DNA of 10,895 nucleotides from a candidate division WOR-3 bacterium (GTDB lineage Bacteria; Hydrothermota; Hydrothermia; LBFQ01): NCBI GenBank assembly GCA_039802605.1, contig JBDRWW010000019.1, positions 1 to 10,895 of the forward strand, read 5' to 3'. Shown piece by piece: positions 1 to 6,709 of this stretch (position 1 is its first letter; each line of letters starts with the position of its first letter). The notes under the pieces were generated by a model. It saw only the letters and a program-made list of their open reading frames with translations, ran no database searches and was not told where the DNA came from. The position numbers and the translations under genes were made by a program.

Positions 1-127
1 CCCCTACCGCTTGCATTCTACTCTTGTTTAAATAGTTTTTTAAGCCGGATAGTTGGTATGGGTATGCGGGGTGGGTTGTTTTTGGGGTGTGGGTTTTCGG
101 GTGTGTAAAGGATAATCCAGCCATCGG
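1..127. repeat. Terminal direct repeat, copy 1 (circular-assembly overlap)
   Basis: Bases 1-127 are identical to 10769-10895. Confidence 0.97.
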
Positions 128-329
128 CTTCAAGTTTTCGGAGAATACTGGATATGTGCGTTGATAATCCCGAAAGTTTTCCGATATTTCTGGTATTTAT
201 TCGCGCTTCGGGAGGAACCTCTTCGTTGTATAGTATGAGCTCCATAAGTATTTTAAAGCCTTCGTGTTTTTGGATTGCTTCGGCCAGTGTTATTTTTCCT
301 GCCAGAAACTTACTTATTATTCCTTTCAT
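18..329 (-). CDS. Winged helix-turn-helix DNA-binding protein (103 aa)
   Basis: INTRNIGKLSGLSTHISSILRKLEADGWI resembles an HTH plus LxxxGWI wing. AAGGGG SD upstream. Confidence 0.7.
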   Translation of the reverse strand: MKGIISKFLAGKITLAEAIQKHEGFKILMELILYNEEVPPEARINTRNIGKLSGLSTHISSILRKLEADGWIILYTPENPHPKNNPPRIPIPTIRLKKLFKQE

Positions 330-344
330 TTCTTACCCCTTTTT

Positions 345-698
345 TTAAAACGGTATATCCTTGGGTGGTTCTTGGTTTTCTTCGCCTTCTTCATCGTCCC
401 AGTCCCAAAAGTCAAAATCATCATCGTCAATAAAATCATCAAATCCATCACATTCTGGGTCCCAACAGTCGGGCATACCACAGTATGGACATATATCGCC
501 ATCATCTTCAATATCCGGGTCTGGGTCGTCTCTGTATATGTATGCCAGCATTTTATCGGCTATTATGATGGGGACAATCTCATTTAATCTTTGTCTGACC
601 TCCTCACTTACCCCTAAGCCCTTGCCTTCATCAAGGGCTTTACGCAAGTTATTCATATACACGGCGCTAAGCACCTTATAAAGTGTTTCCACTTTCAT
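345..698 (-). CDS. Acidic protein with a Cys cluster (117 aa), possible Zn-binding or DNA-mimic protein
   Basis: AGGAGG SD. CPYCGMPDCWDPEC is flanked by D/E-rich sequence (DDFIDDDDFDFWDWDDEEGEE). Confidence 0.75.
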   Translation of the reverse strand: MKVETLYKVLSAVYMNNLRKALDEGKGLGVSEEVRQRLNEIVPIIIADKMLAYIYRDDPDPDIEDDGDICPYCGMPDCWDPECDGFDDFIDDDDFDFWDWDDEEGEENQEPPKDIPF

Positions 699-748
699 GG
701 TTTACCTCCTTTCTTTTTAATCTTCATCCTTATCCAAGTAAGTGTTCC

Positions 749-762
749 AATATATAGTCTCT
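749..762. other. Predicted donor site of the IS110 bridge-RNA recombinase (AATATA-TA-GTCTCT)
   Basis: 749-756 matches guide AAUAUAUA. 754-762 is complementary to guide AGAGACUAU of the ncRNA 3' loop. Flanked by inverted TCC/GGA. Confidence 0.75.
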
Positions 763-774
763 GGATTGCCTGAT

Positions 775-878
775 ATACCCGGCCGACCCAGTTTAACATA
801 CCGGGTATTATAAGGGTGTTTTGTCGGAGACAGTGGAAAAATTTTTTTGACCCCCATTCCACCGCTTCGGCCGGGTAT
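775..878. repeat. Inverted and direct repeat cluster in the main intergenic region (candidate origin or promoter)
   Basis: 12-bp IR ATACCCGGCCGA 775-786 / TCGGCCGGGTAT 867-878. Inner IR GTGGAA 833-838 / TTCCAC 857-862. Direct repeat CCGGGTATTA at 801-810 and 871-880. Minus-strand TATAAT at 807-812. Confidence 0.55.
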
Positions 879-945
879 TACTGGATAATGCTGGGAAAAC
901 CCCTAAAAAGCCCGCTTTTGCCCATCAGTATTAAGGTTTTTGGGG

Positions 946-973
946 TATTGTCATAATGGCTATTATGACAACA
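946..973. other. dif-like (Xer-type) 28-bp recombination site
   Basis: TATTGTCATAA-TGGCTA-TTATGACAACA has the 11-6-11 layout and the inner CATAA/TTATG of E. coli dif (GGTGCGCATAA-TGTATA-TTATGTTAAAT). Perfect 10-bp IR at 948-957 / 962-971. Confidence 0.65.
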
Positions 974-1415
974 CTGTTATTAAAAAGGAGATTATAAAAA
1001 CCATTACCAAAAGGAGTAAAATAAGGGTTTCCGATTGTGCCTTTCCCAAATTCAACCTATTAACCAAAGCGTTTAATTTGGAAATCAAATCGTCGTAATC
1101 ATTACTTCTAAAATCTACGAATTCAACTTTCCCATTAGCCTTAACACTTGTTTTCAAAACATCCGGAATAATAACAAACATCTTTTTAACCCTCTCTTTC
1201 AAAAAATTATACCTTTTAAGGGTTTTTTCATCAATTTTAACCTTCGGGTCAAAAATCAACATTATCCCGTATTCGGCTTTTTCTAATTCGCTTAAAACCC
1301 TTTTTTCACTTATCCTGTATGTGGGTGCAACATATACATTGTCATAATCCAAACCCGTCTTTATAGCCACTTTCATTGCCAATTTATCATCTTTCGGATA
1401 TAATACCACTATCAT
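963..1415 (-). CDS. TIR-like alpha/beta domain protein with a C-terminal transmembrane helix (150 aa)
   Basis: Alternating beta/alpha pattern (IVVLY, VYVA, ELEKAEYGIMLIFD, MFVIIP, VEFVDF) resembles a TIR/flavodoxin fold by eye. The last ~20 aa are hydrophobic. Confidence 0.5.
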   Translation of the reverse strand: MIVVLYPKDDKLAMKVAIKTGLDYDNVYVAPTYRISEKRVLSELEKAEYGIMLIFDPKVKIDEKTLKRYNFLKERVKKMFVIIPDVLKTSVKANGKVEFVDFRSNDYDDLISKLNALVNRLNLGKAQSETLILLLLVMVFIISFLITVLS

Positions 1416-1423
1416 TATGACAA

Positions 1424-1495
1424 CTGGGGCGGGAGGACTCGAACCTCCACTTCTGGGGTCAAAGCCCAGCGTCCTGCCTGTTAGACGACGCCCCA
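1424..1495 (-). tRNA. tRNA-Gln(TTG), full length, no encoded CCA; possible attP
   Basis: Cloverleaf: acceptor TGGGGCG/CGCCCCA plus G discriminator, D arm GTCT..GGAC, anticodon arm CTGGG-CTTTGAC-CCCAG, T arm GGAGG-TTCGAGT-CCTCC. U1-A72 is the bacterial Gln type. Confidence 0.92.
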
Positions 1496-2175
1496 GTTAA
1501 AACTTTCTTTATGTCTTCTTCCAATGGCTGTATATATCTCATCGTGGTTTTTGGATTTGAATGGCCAGCCACTATAACGGCCACCGTGGGGTTTTCTTTA
1601 CCTAAAAGGGTAAGCCTTGATGCGCGTAAATGGTGGGGAGATACTCCGAAAAGTTTCTTTACCTTTTTATATATCCTTTGTCGGCTTACTTTGGGGATTT
1701 CTGAAATGCCTTCCAGAAAATCTAATTTGGGGAATACTTGCTTTTTTCTTCCCTTGCGACGCTCTATTACCACCTTGTCGCCTTCTATTCGCACATATCC
1801 CACTTCTGAAACCCGCAAGGCGTAGTAATATATCAACCGTAGTATTAACTGCCATTTTTGAGGTTGTGCTTTTATCTTTTCTTCAAACTCCTCAGGGCTA
1901 ATTATTTTATACTGCCGTGTGTTTTCGGGTGTTTTTATCTTAGGTAATTCATACCGAAAGCCGGCAAACTTTAATAACTCTCTTAATGCCGTTAGTTTTC
2001 TGGAACGAGTTGCTGGTTTATATTTTGCCAAGAAAAGTATATACCTTTTAATTACATCTTCGTTTAACTCTTCACCATGCAAGTCTTTCAAGTCCGTTAT
2101 GTATGCACGAATAGTTTCCTTTGTTAGATTGCGGAGTTTTAACCATCTTCCAAACTCGTATATATCCACCTTCAT
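1459..2175 (-). CDS. int: Tyrosine recombinase/integrase, XerC/D-like (238 aa)
   Basis: Catalytic set present: R (ALRVSE), K (RKG), HxxR (HHLR), H (AGH), Y (TMRY). N-terminal core-binding domain (TIRAYITDL...SRKLTALR). Confidence 0.92.
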   Translation of the reverse strand: MKVDIYEFGRWLKLRNLTKETIRAYITDLKDLHGEELNEDVIKRYILFLAKYKPATRSRKLTALRELLKFAGFRYELPKIKTPENTRQYKIISPEEFEEKIKAQPQKWQLILRLIYYYALRVSEVGYVRIEGDKVVIERRKGRKKQVFPKLDFLEGISEIPKVSRQRIYKKVKKLFGVSPHHLRASRLTLLGKENPTVAVIVAGHSNPKTTMRYIQPLEEDIKKVLTGASSNRQDAGL

Positions 2176-2501
2176 AGTACTGACAGGTATTTGACATTAT
2201 CATAAAAAATTTTCGGATTATACTCCACCGCTTTTATAACCAGGTCTATTATGTAAGCAACTGACTTGCCATTCGCCTTAGCGAGTTTGCGAAGTGCTTT
2301 ATAACTTTCATTCAAATATACCTTTTTAGGAATAGCGTCTTTTTTGTCTATGTGTTGAAGTATTTGTTTGATTTCCACTCTGATTTTTTCATTTTTTAAT
2401 GCTTGTAGTAATACAACCAATGCTTCATCGTATGAACAGTCGTATTTAGCGGCTATTAACCTAATTATCTCTACCTGATAGCCCTTTAAATATCCTTTCA
2501 T
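2172..2501 (-). CDS. Putative ribbon-helix-helix DNA-binding protein (109 aa)
   Basis: KKVYLNESYKALRKLAKANGKSVAYIIDLVIK has an RHH-like pattern. ATGA overlaps on both sides. Confidence 0.55.
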   Translation of the reverse strand: MKGYLKGYQVEIIRLIAAKYDCSYDEALVVLLQALKNEKIRVEIKQILQHIDKKDAIPKKVYLNESYKALRKLAKANGKSVAYIIDLVIKAVEYNPKIFYDNVKYLSVL

Positions 2502-3058
2502 TTTCTAACCTTGAAAATGTTAAACTTGAACGGTTCATTGGTGGGTAGTTTGATAGCGGTACCATATATATCTGAAAGGTATCTCTCTTCGTCGTATATA
2601 TTTGGCAGGTAGCCGACAACAAAATAATCAGCATTTGCAAGGACATGGCGGGGGATTTTCCGAAAGGTTTGGGAAATGTATATAACAGTTATGGAATGGT
2701 TTCTGAAGGTCAGGAGAACTTTGTCCCAGTTCAGATTTGAGCGACTTGAAATTATCGCGGGAGCGTCATCCAAAACAAGAATATATCCCCGTTTCCATAA
2801 CAACATGCTGGGGGAAAATTCCTTATCAAACAAAAAAGTTGTTATCCTCACCCTCCCACCCTTGTATGCTTTCCAGTCATTTATGTTAGTTATTTCCCGA
2901 TATTCCCATACCGGGGATATAGTACAAACAACTACATTTCGGGCATTCCCCACCAACTTTTTAGCATATGTTGTTTTTCCAGACCTCGTGGCACCAATAA
3001 CAATAATAAGTTGCCCGTCTCGGGGGCTATTCTTCGGGTTTGATTTCTTCCAAAACAT
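2498..3058 (-). CDS. FtsK/HerA-superfamily (A32-like) genome packaging ATPase (186 aa)
   Basis: Walker A GATRSGKT, Walker B ILVLDD, arginine finger and sensor LTFRNHSITVIYISQ, followed by IPRHVLANADY. Confidence 0.85.
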   Translation of the reverse strand: MFWKKSNPKNSPRDGQLIIVIGATRSGKTTYAKKLVGNARNVVVCTISPVWEYREITNINDWKAYKGGRVRITTFLFDKEFSPSMLLWKRGYILVLDDAPAIISSRSNLNWDKVLLTFRNHSITVIYISQTFRKIPRHVLANADYFVVGYLPNIYDEERYLSDIYGTAIKLPTNEPFKFNIFKVRK

Positions 3059-3647
3059 CCTTTGTTTTTATCTCCTGCTTTTTCTTTTTAGTTTGTCGTT
3101 TTTGTGTCTTGCTGGTTTTTCTTTGAGGGGTGTTTTGCTTTAAGTATTCCATTAGAGCCGGCACTTTATTCATAGAGTATATCCTCACTAATGACACAAC
3201 AAACAACACTTCTTCCGTAATTATCCATTGGTATTTTGCGAGTATTCTCCCAAGTAATCGGCCGAGTTCTGTCTTTTCTGTCTTGCGAAGCCCTATAATT
3301 TTTTCTATCTCCGAGTATTTAACATCCGGAATATACTGCCGTGCATAAACCCAAGCCCCTAATATCACCACACTGTCCAAAACACCTATAAGGATTTCCC
3401 CTATGAAGTTGTAATTTGATATTGAAAAACTTTCGGCCGTTTCTGTTTCTTCTTCGCCAACATAAATATTGTCTTCAACAACTGGGGGAGTAGTTATATT
3501 CAGGTTTTGTATATGCTGAAATACATCTGTGCTAAAAACCGAAGGGATGGTTTGTTCTTTTTCGGCTTGAATAACTTCTCCTTCGGGAACTTCTTGGTTT
3601 TGGTTTATTTTTTCTTCAGGTGTCATTTTTAACCAGTTTTTTGGCAA
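3027..3647 (-). CDS. Putative membrane-associated protein upstream of the ATPase; start may be the ATG at 3626
   Basis: Acidic N-terminus, hydrophobic segments (FIGEILIGVLDSVVILGAWVY; VLFVVSLV) and a basic tail. Overlaps both neighbours. Confidence 0.65.
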   Translation of the reverse strand: MPKNWLKMTPEEKINQNQEVPEGEVIQAEKEQTIPSVFSTDVFQHIQNLNITTPPVVEDNIYVGEEETETAESFSISNYNFIGEILIGVLDSVVILGAWVYARQYIPDVKYSEIEKIIGLRKTEKTELGRLLGRILAKYQWIITEEVLFVVSLVRIYSMNKVPALMEYLKQNTPQRKTSKTQKRQTKKKKQEIKTKDVLEEIKPEE

Positions 3648-3846
3648 CTGTTATGAGTTCCTCTTCATGCCTTGCACCCACGGTAAGCAGTGCTTGTATG
3701 GATATGTCCGGGGAAATGCCGTAAAGCATTTTCATATTGAAGATATAGGTCATTATGCCCTTGAGCACTTCTGGGTTGTTGAGAACGCTGAACACTTCAC
3801 TTTGTAAGCCTACCAACATGCTTTCCAATTCTTTATTCTCTATCAT
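3616..3846 (-). CDS. Hypothetical protein (76 aa), first gene of the packaging/integrase operon
   Basis: ORF in operon orientation directly downstream of a repeat array. No SD. Confidence 0.65.
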   Translation of the reverse strand: MIENKELESMLVGLQSEVFSVLNNPEVLKGIMTYIFNMKMLYGISPDISIQALLTVGARHEEELITVAKKLVKNDT

Positions 3847-3854
3847 AACCGAAT

Positions 3855-3924
3855 ATTATGCTATGGGGAGATTGCTATTTTTGACCAGTTTGACCAGTTT
3901 TACCAGTTTTACCCGTTTTATCAC
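3855..3924 (-). promoter_or_regulatory. 9-bp tandem repeat array with a -10-like box (promoter candidate A)
   Basis: TTTGACCAG TTTGACCAG TTTTACCAG TTTTACCCG TTTTATCAC at 3880-3924. Minus-strand CATAAT at 3855-3860, 8 nt before the ATG at 3846. Confidence 0.6.
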
Positions 3925-3959
3925 TTGCAAAATACATTTTCATGCCTTTACTCTCATCA

Positions 3960-4196
3960 TCATTGGTTATTTTGATTATCTGCCCCAATTTCTTGTTTAC
4001 TTGTATCAATTACTTTGTTATGTTCTCGCTCATCGTGTCCAGTTTCTGGGTTAGGTTTTGGTTCATGCTCCTCAATTCTTCTAATATCTCCTTCCATATA
4101 TTCTGGTTGTTGTCGTCTTTGTTCTGCCTTCTCCTCCTTATCATCTCTTATTACCTCCTTTTGAATTTCCCCCTTTTTGCGTTTCCAACTTAGCAT
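3960..4196 (-). CDS. Hydrophilic, likely disordered protein (78 aa)
   Basis: GGAGGTG SD and TAATG coupling to the upstream small ORF. Confidence 0.65.
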   Translation of the reverse strand: MLSWKRKKGEIQKEVIRDDKEEKAEQRRQQPEYMEGDIRRIEEHEPKPNPETGHDEREHNKVIDTSKQEIGADNQNNQ

Positions 4197-4315
4197 TATT
4201 TACACCTCCCTTGTCCTTTACAACAAGGACAAAGTTTCAAATACCGTGATAGATATGCGTATATTATTCCTACCACCAGAATAGCAAGTATAACACCTAT
4301 GATTATCCCCATCAT
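4196..4315 (-). CDS. Small TM protein with a Cys cluster (39 aa; not in the ORF track)
   Basis: Hand translation: MMGIIIGVILAILVVGIIYAYLSRYLKLCPCCKGQGRCK. GGAGG SD, ATGA and TAATG overlaps. Confidence 0.75.
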   Translation of the reverse strand: MMGIIIGVILAILVVGIIYAYLSRYLKLCPCCKGQGRCK

Positions 4316-4461
4316 TTTCCTTTACCTCCCTTGCCCCCGCCTAATATCTGGGCTTTAAGGCATATTAAACAGCCGTTTTGTGATAACCTTACAAAAAGCA
4401 CAATTATGGCAATTATTAGCGTTATTAGAAAGGCTAATATACCTATTATTACCGTTTTCAT
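4312..4461 (-). CDS. Small TM protein with CxxC (49 aa; not in the ORF track)
   Basis: Hand translation: MKTVIIGILAFLITLIIAIIVLFVRLSQNGCLICLKAQILGGGKGGKGK. ATGA overlaps at both ends. Confidence 0.75.
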   Translation of the reverse strand: MKTVIIGILAFLITLIIAIIVLFVRLSQNGCLICLKAQILGGGKGGKGK

Positions 4462-4679
4462 TTCTTCCGTCTCCTAATTTTACGCTTGTTTAATTTGCGA
4501 AGTGTAAGGGCTAAACGGGCGCGTCTGCCAATGGTATCGTTTCGCTTGGCCTGTTCCCGAAGCCACGACACTTTTATGGTTCCCTTCTTTGTTATTGCCC
4601 CTTCCCTTTTTGCCAATCTCGTAAGTGCTCCGGGGTGTTTTATTGCCTCTTGTATCCATTTCTTTTTACGCTTTGACAT
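4458..4679 (-). CDS. Small basic, putative DNA-binding virion protein (73 aa)
   Basis: Very K/R-rich. The KWIQEAIKHPGAL...GRRARLALTL pattern resembles small basic phage proteins (from recall, not searched). Confidence 0.7.
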   Translation of the reverse strand: MSKRKKKWIQEAIKHPGALTRLAKREGAITKKGTIKVSWLREQAKRNDTIGRRARLALTLRKLNKRKIRRRKK

Positions 4680-4682
4680 TTT

Positions 4683-5099
4683 TTAAAACCTCACTTTTCC
4701 GTATATTCCAACTTGTTTATTTCCAGCGTATGCACCTATTGAAAAGTAATCCTTTAAAACATATTCGCCGAGGATGTAATAATATGCATGTCTGTCCTTG
4801 AAGTCGTATCCTATACCTGCCCCTATGCCAAAGCGTTGGGTTTGGGTGTTTGTGTTCATTGTTAAGGCTTGGGTGAATGTTCGGGATGTGGTGAAACTGG
4901 AAGATGATGAGAGGTATAAACTATCGCAACGCTTCGCGCTGAATAAAAAAGCCGAGTTTAAGTATATTGTGTCGTGAATATATACAGTATCACGGACATA
5001 TACGATTTTTATGTTTGACTGGGTGGGTTTAAAAAGAAACCAAAGCGTCCAAAGCATAATTATAACAACAAAAACCATATCCAAAATCCTCACCCTCAT
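4683..5099 (-). CDS. Protein with an N-terminal TM helix and C-terminal outer-membrane-type beta strands; spanin-like candidate (138 aa)
   Basis: N-terminal TM helix, VRDTVYIHDTIY repeats, and amphipathic strands RFGIGAGIGY...VGIYGKVRF ending in Phe. Confidence 0.55.
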   Translation of the reverse strand: MRVRILDMVFVVIIMLWTLWFLFKPTQSNIKIVYVRDTVYIHDTIYLNSAFLFSAKRCDSLYLSSSSSFTTSRTFTQALTMNTNTQTQRFGIGAGIGYDFKDRHAYYYILGEYVLKDYFSIGAYAGNKQVGIYGKVRF

Positions 5100-5176
5100 C
5101 TTTTCCTTCTACCTCTCTTTTTTCTACCCTTCCTTTTTGTGTGCTTTTTGGCCTTGCGTTTTTTATGCCTTTTCAT
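5096..5176 (-). CDS. Protamine-like basic peptide (26 aa; not in the ORF track)
   Basis: MKRHKKRKAKKHTKRKGRKKRGRRKR. AGGGGTG SD. Its stop overlaps the next ATG (ATGA). Confidence 0.75.
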   Translation of the reverse strand: MKRHKKRKAKKHTKRKGRKKRGRRKR

Positions 5177-5189
5177 ACTTCACCCCTTT

Positions 5190-5513
5190 TTAATATGCTT
5201 CTCCTTGTGTTATGTTTATTATTACATTACTATCCAAAGCATCCGGTGGGGTTTCAATTTGCACTGTCATAGTCGGCCAATATGCGAGAGTTTGGGGCAT
5301 TTGTATGTAATACCTTATTCTTCGCGTTTGGCTATCCATATAGAACTCATTGAGAATACTGCCATCTTGGCCTATTATTCTGACGATTGCTTTATTCCCT
5401 GTTCTCAGGAGAACATTCATGTATATATATGAACCCTCGAGGGGTTCTTTTATTTCTGTGCTTGACCCTATTCCTAACAGTATTTCCTCTGTTCGTGTTC
5501 TTATTACCCTCAT
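5190..5513 (-). CDS. Small beta-rich protein, candidate minor capsid or vertex protein (107 aa)
   Basis: Alternating hydrophobic strands. Ends NVIINITQG, like the neighbouring gene. Confidence 0.55.
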   Translation of the reverse strand: MRVIRTRTEEILLGIGSSTEIKEPLEGSYIYMNVLLRTGNKAIVRIIGQDGSILNEFYMDSQTRRIRYYIQMPQTLAYWPTMTVQIETPPDALDSNVIINITQGEAY

Positions 5514-5809
5514 TACATTACCCCCTGATTTATGTATATTTTTACATTTGCGGGTATCGAGTTGTTGTTTCTAATGGTTAATATGAAAACAGGATGTATT
5601 CGCCAATCCCCCGGCTGAGATAACCAAATCCACGATGTTGTATTATTTGACGCGGCCACAATCACGTTATTAGTTGTGGAAATGGATATATTAACCAACT
5701 GGTTTGATACTACTTCAATAGACACATTGATACCTTTTACTTCTATGACCTCATTGTATGACTGTCCCGCCGCTATCGTAATTTTTATTTCTTTCCTTTC
5801 TATTAGCAT
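5513..5809 (-). CDS. Small beta-rich protein, candidate minor capsid or vertex protein (98 aa)
   Basis: All-beta pattern ending NVKIYINQG. TAATG coupling to the next gene. Confidence 0.55.
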   Translation of the reverse strand: MLIERKEIKITIAAGQSYNEVIEVKGINVSIEVVSNQLVNISISTTNNVIVAASNNTTSWIWLSQPGDWRIHPVFILTIRNNNSIPANVKIYINQGVM

Positions 5810-5810
5810 C

Positions 5811-6362
5811 TCATACCCTCCTTTTTAGCATTTCCCCCGCTTGTGCAAATTTTTCGCCCCACCACGATTTAACATTTTTATCCCCCTTCCACTTTTCCGC
5901 ATAGAAACGCCCAAAATCAAAATACCCATACTTCACTAAAAAGTTATTATATTTTTGTCTAATAACCTTTCTCATCCATTTCAATGCATTGAACACAGAA
6001 GACCATCCGGCGTATTCCCTTGTTTTTCCTGTGATGCTTTCACGCAAGCATATACGATATTCTATTAAGTCCGAGTATGACCACTTACCTATATCAGTAT
6101 GAACTCCCCAGTAATTAAAATTATATCCACCTCTCGGCTGTTCTATCAAGGCTATGGCTAATATTATCTGGTCAATTATATCGTCAGGGTTCAAAACCTT
6201 TATTAATTCCGAAAGGGGTGTTTTTCTGGGTTTAGCGGTGGGTTTGTCGGGATATGATGTTTTACAGCCTTGACCTTCCCCTTCACTAACCACGGTTAAA
6301 GTTATTAAGCCTATGGATATAGCCAGGAGTATAACAAACAAAATTATCATAGTTCTATTCAT
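5811..6362 (-). CDS. Membrane-anchored lysozyme-fold (GH73/glucosaminidase-like) peptidoglycan hydrolase (183 aa)
   Basis: N-terminal TM helix. LAIALIE (candidate catalytic Glu), NFNYWGV and REYAGWSSVFNAL resemble glucosaminidase motifs. Confidence 0.65.
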   Translation of the reverse strand: MNRTMIILFVILLAISIGLITLTVVSEGEGQGCKTSYPDKPTAKPRKTPLSELIKVLNPDDIIDQIILAIALIEQPRGGYNFNYWGVHTDIGKWSYSDLIEYRICLRESITGKTREYAGWSSVFNALKWMRKVIRQKYNNFLVKYGYFDFGRFYAEKWKGDKNVKSWWGEKFAQAGEMLKRRV

Positions 6363-6709
6363 AGCAGGTACCCCAATAAAAAGCCCACAAAAACCAACGC
6401 TAATGCTATAATACCCAAGACTATAAGGATTAAGGTTGGAATTTTGATTTGGACCTTTTCGGCAAATAACAAGGGTATTATGTCTAATGCAGTACTTACG
6501 GCTTTTTTGGGGTCGGCTGGTTGTGGGGTTGTGTCTATCTCCATTATTACGGTGTGGTCTTTGCCTTGTATTCCGACCTTGAAAGGAAGCCCCTTTATTT
6601 CAGTGTCTTTTATCTGGATGGGAACATTTTCAAACTTTAAATAATATTTCTGTGGTTTGGGTTTCTCTTGTGGTTGCGGTTTAGTCCTGTCTATTATCGT
6701 TATCCACAT
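6359..6709 (-). CDS. Membrane protein with a C-terminal TM helix (116 aa)
   Basis: Hydrophobic C-terminus LILIVLGIIALALVFVGFLLGYLL. Overlaps both neighbours. Confidence 0.7.
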   Translation of the reverse strand: MWITIIDRTKPQPQEKPKPQKYYLKFENVPIQIKDTEIKGLPFKVGIQGKDHTVIMEIDTTPQPADPKKAVSTALDIIPLLFAEKVQIKIPTLILIVLGIIALALVFVGFLLGYLL

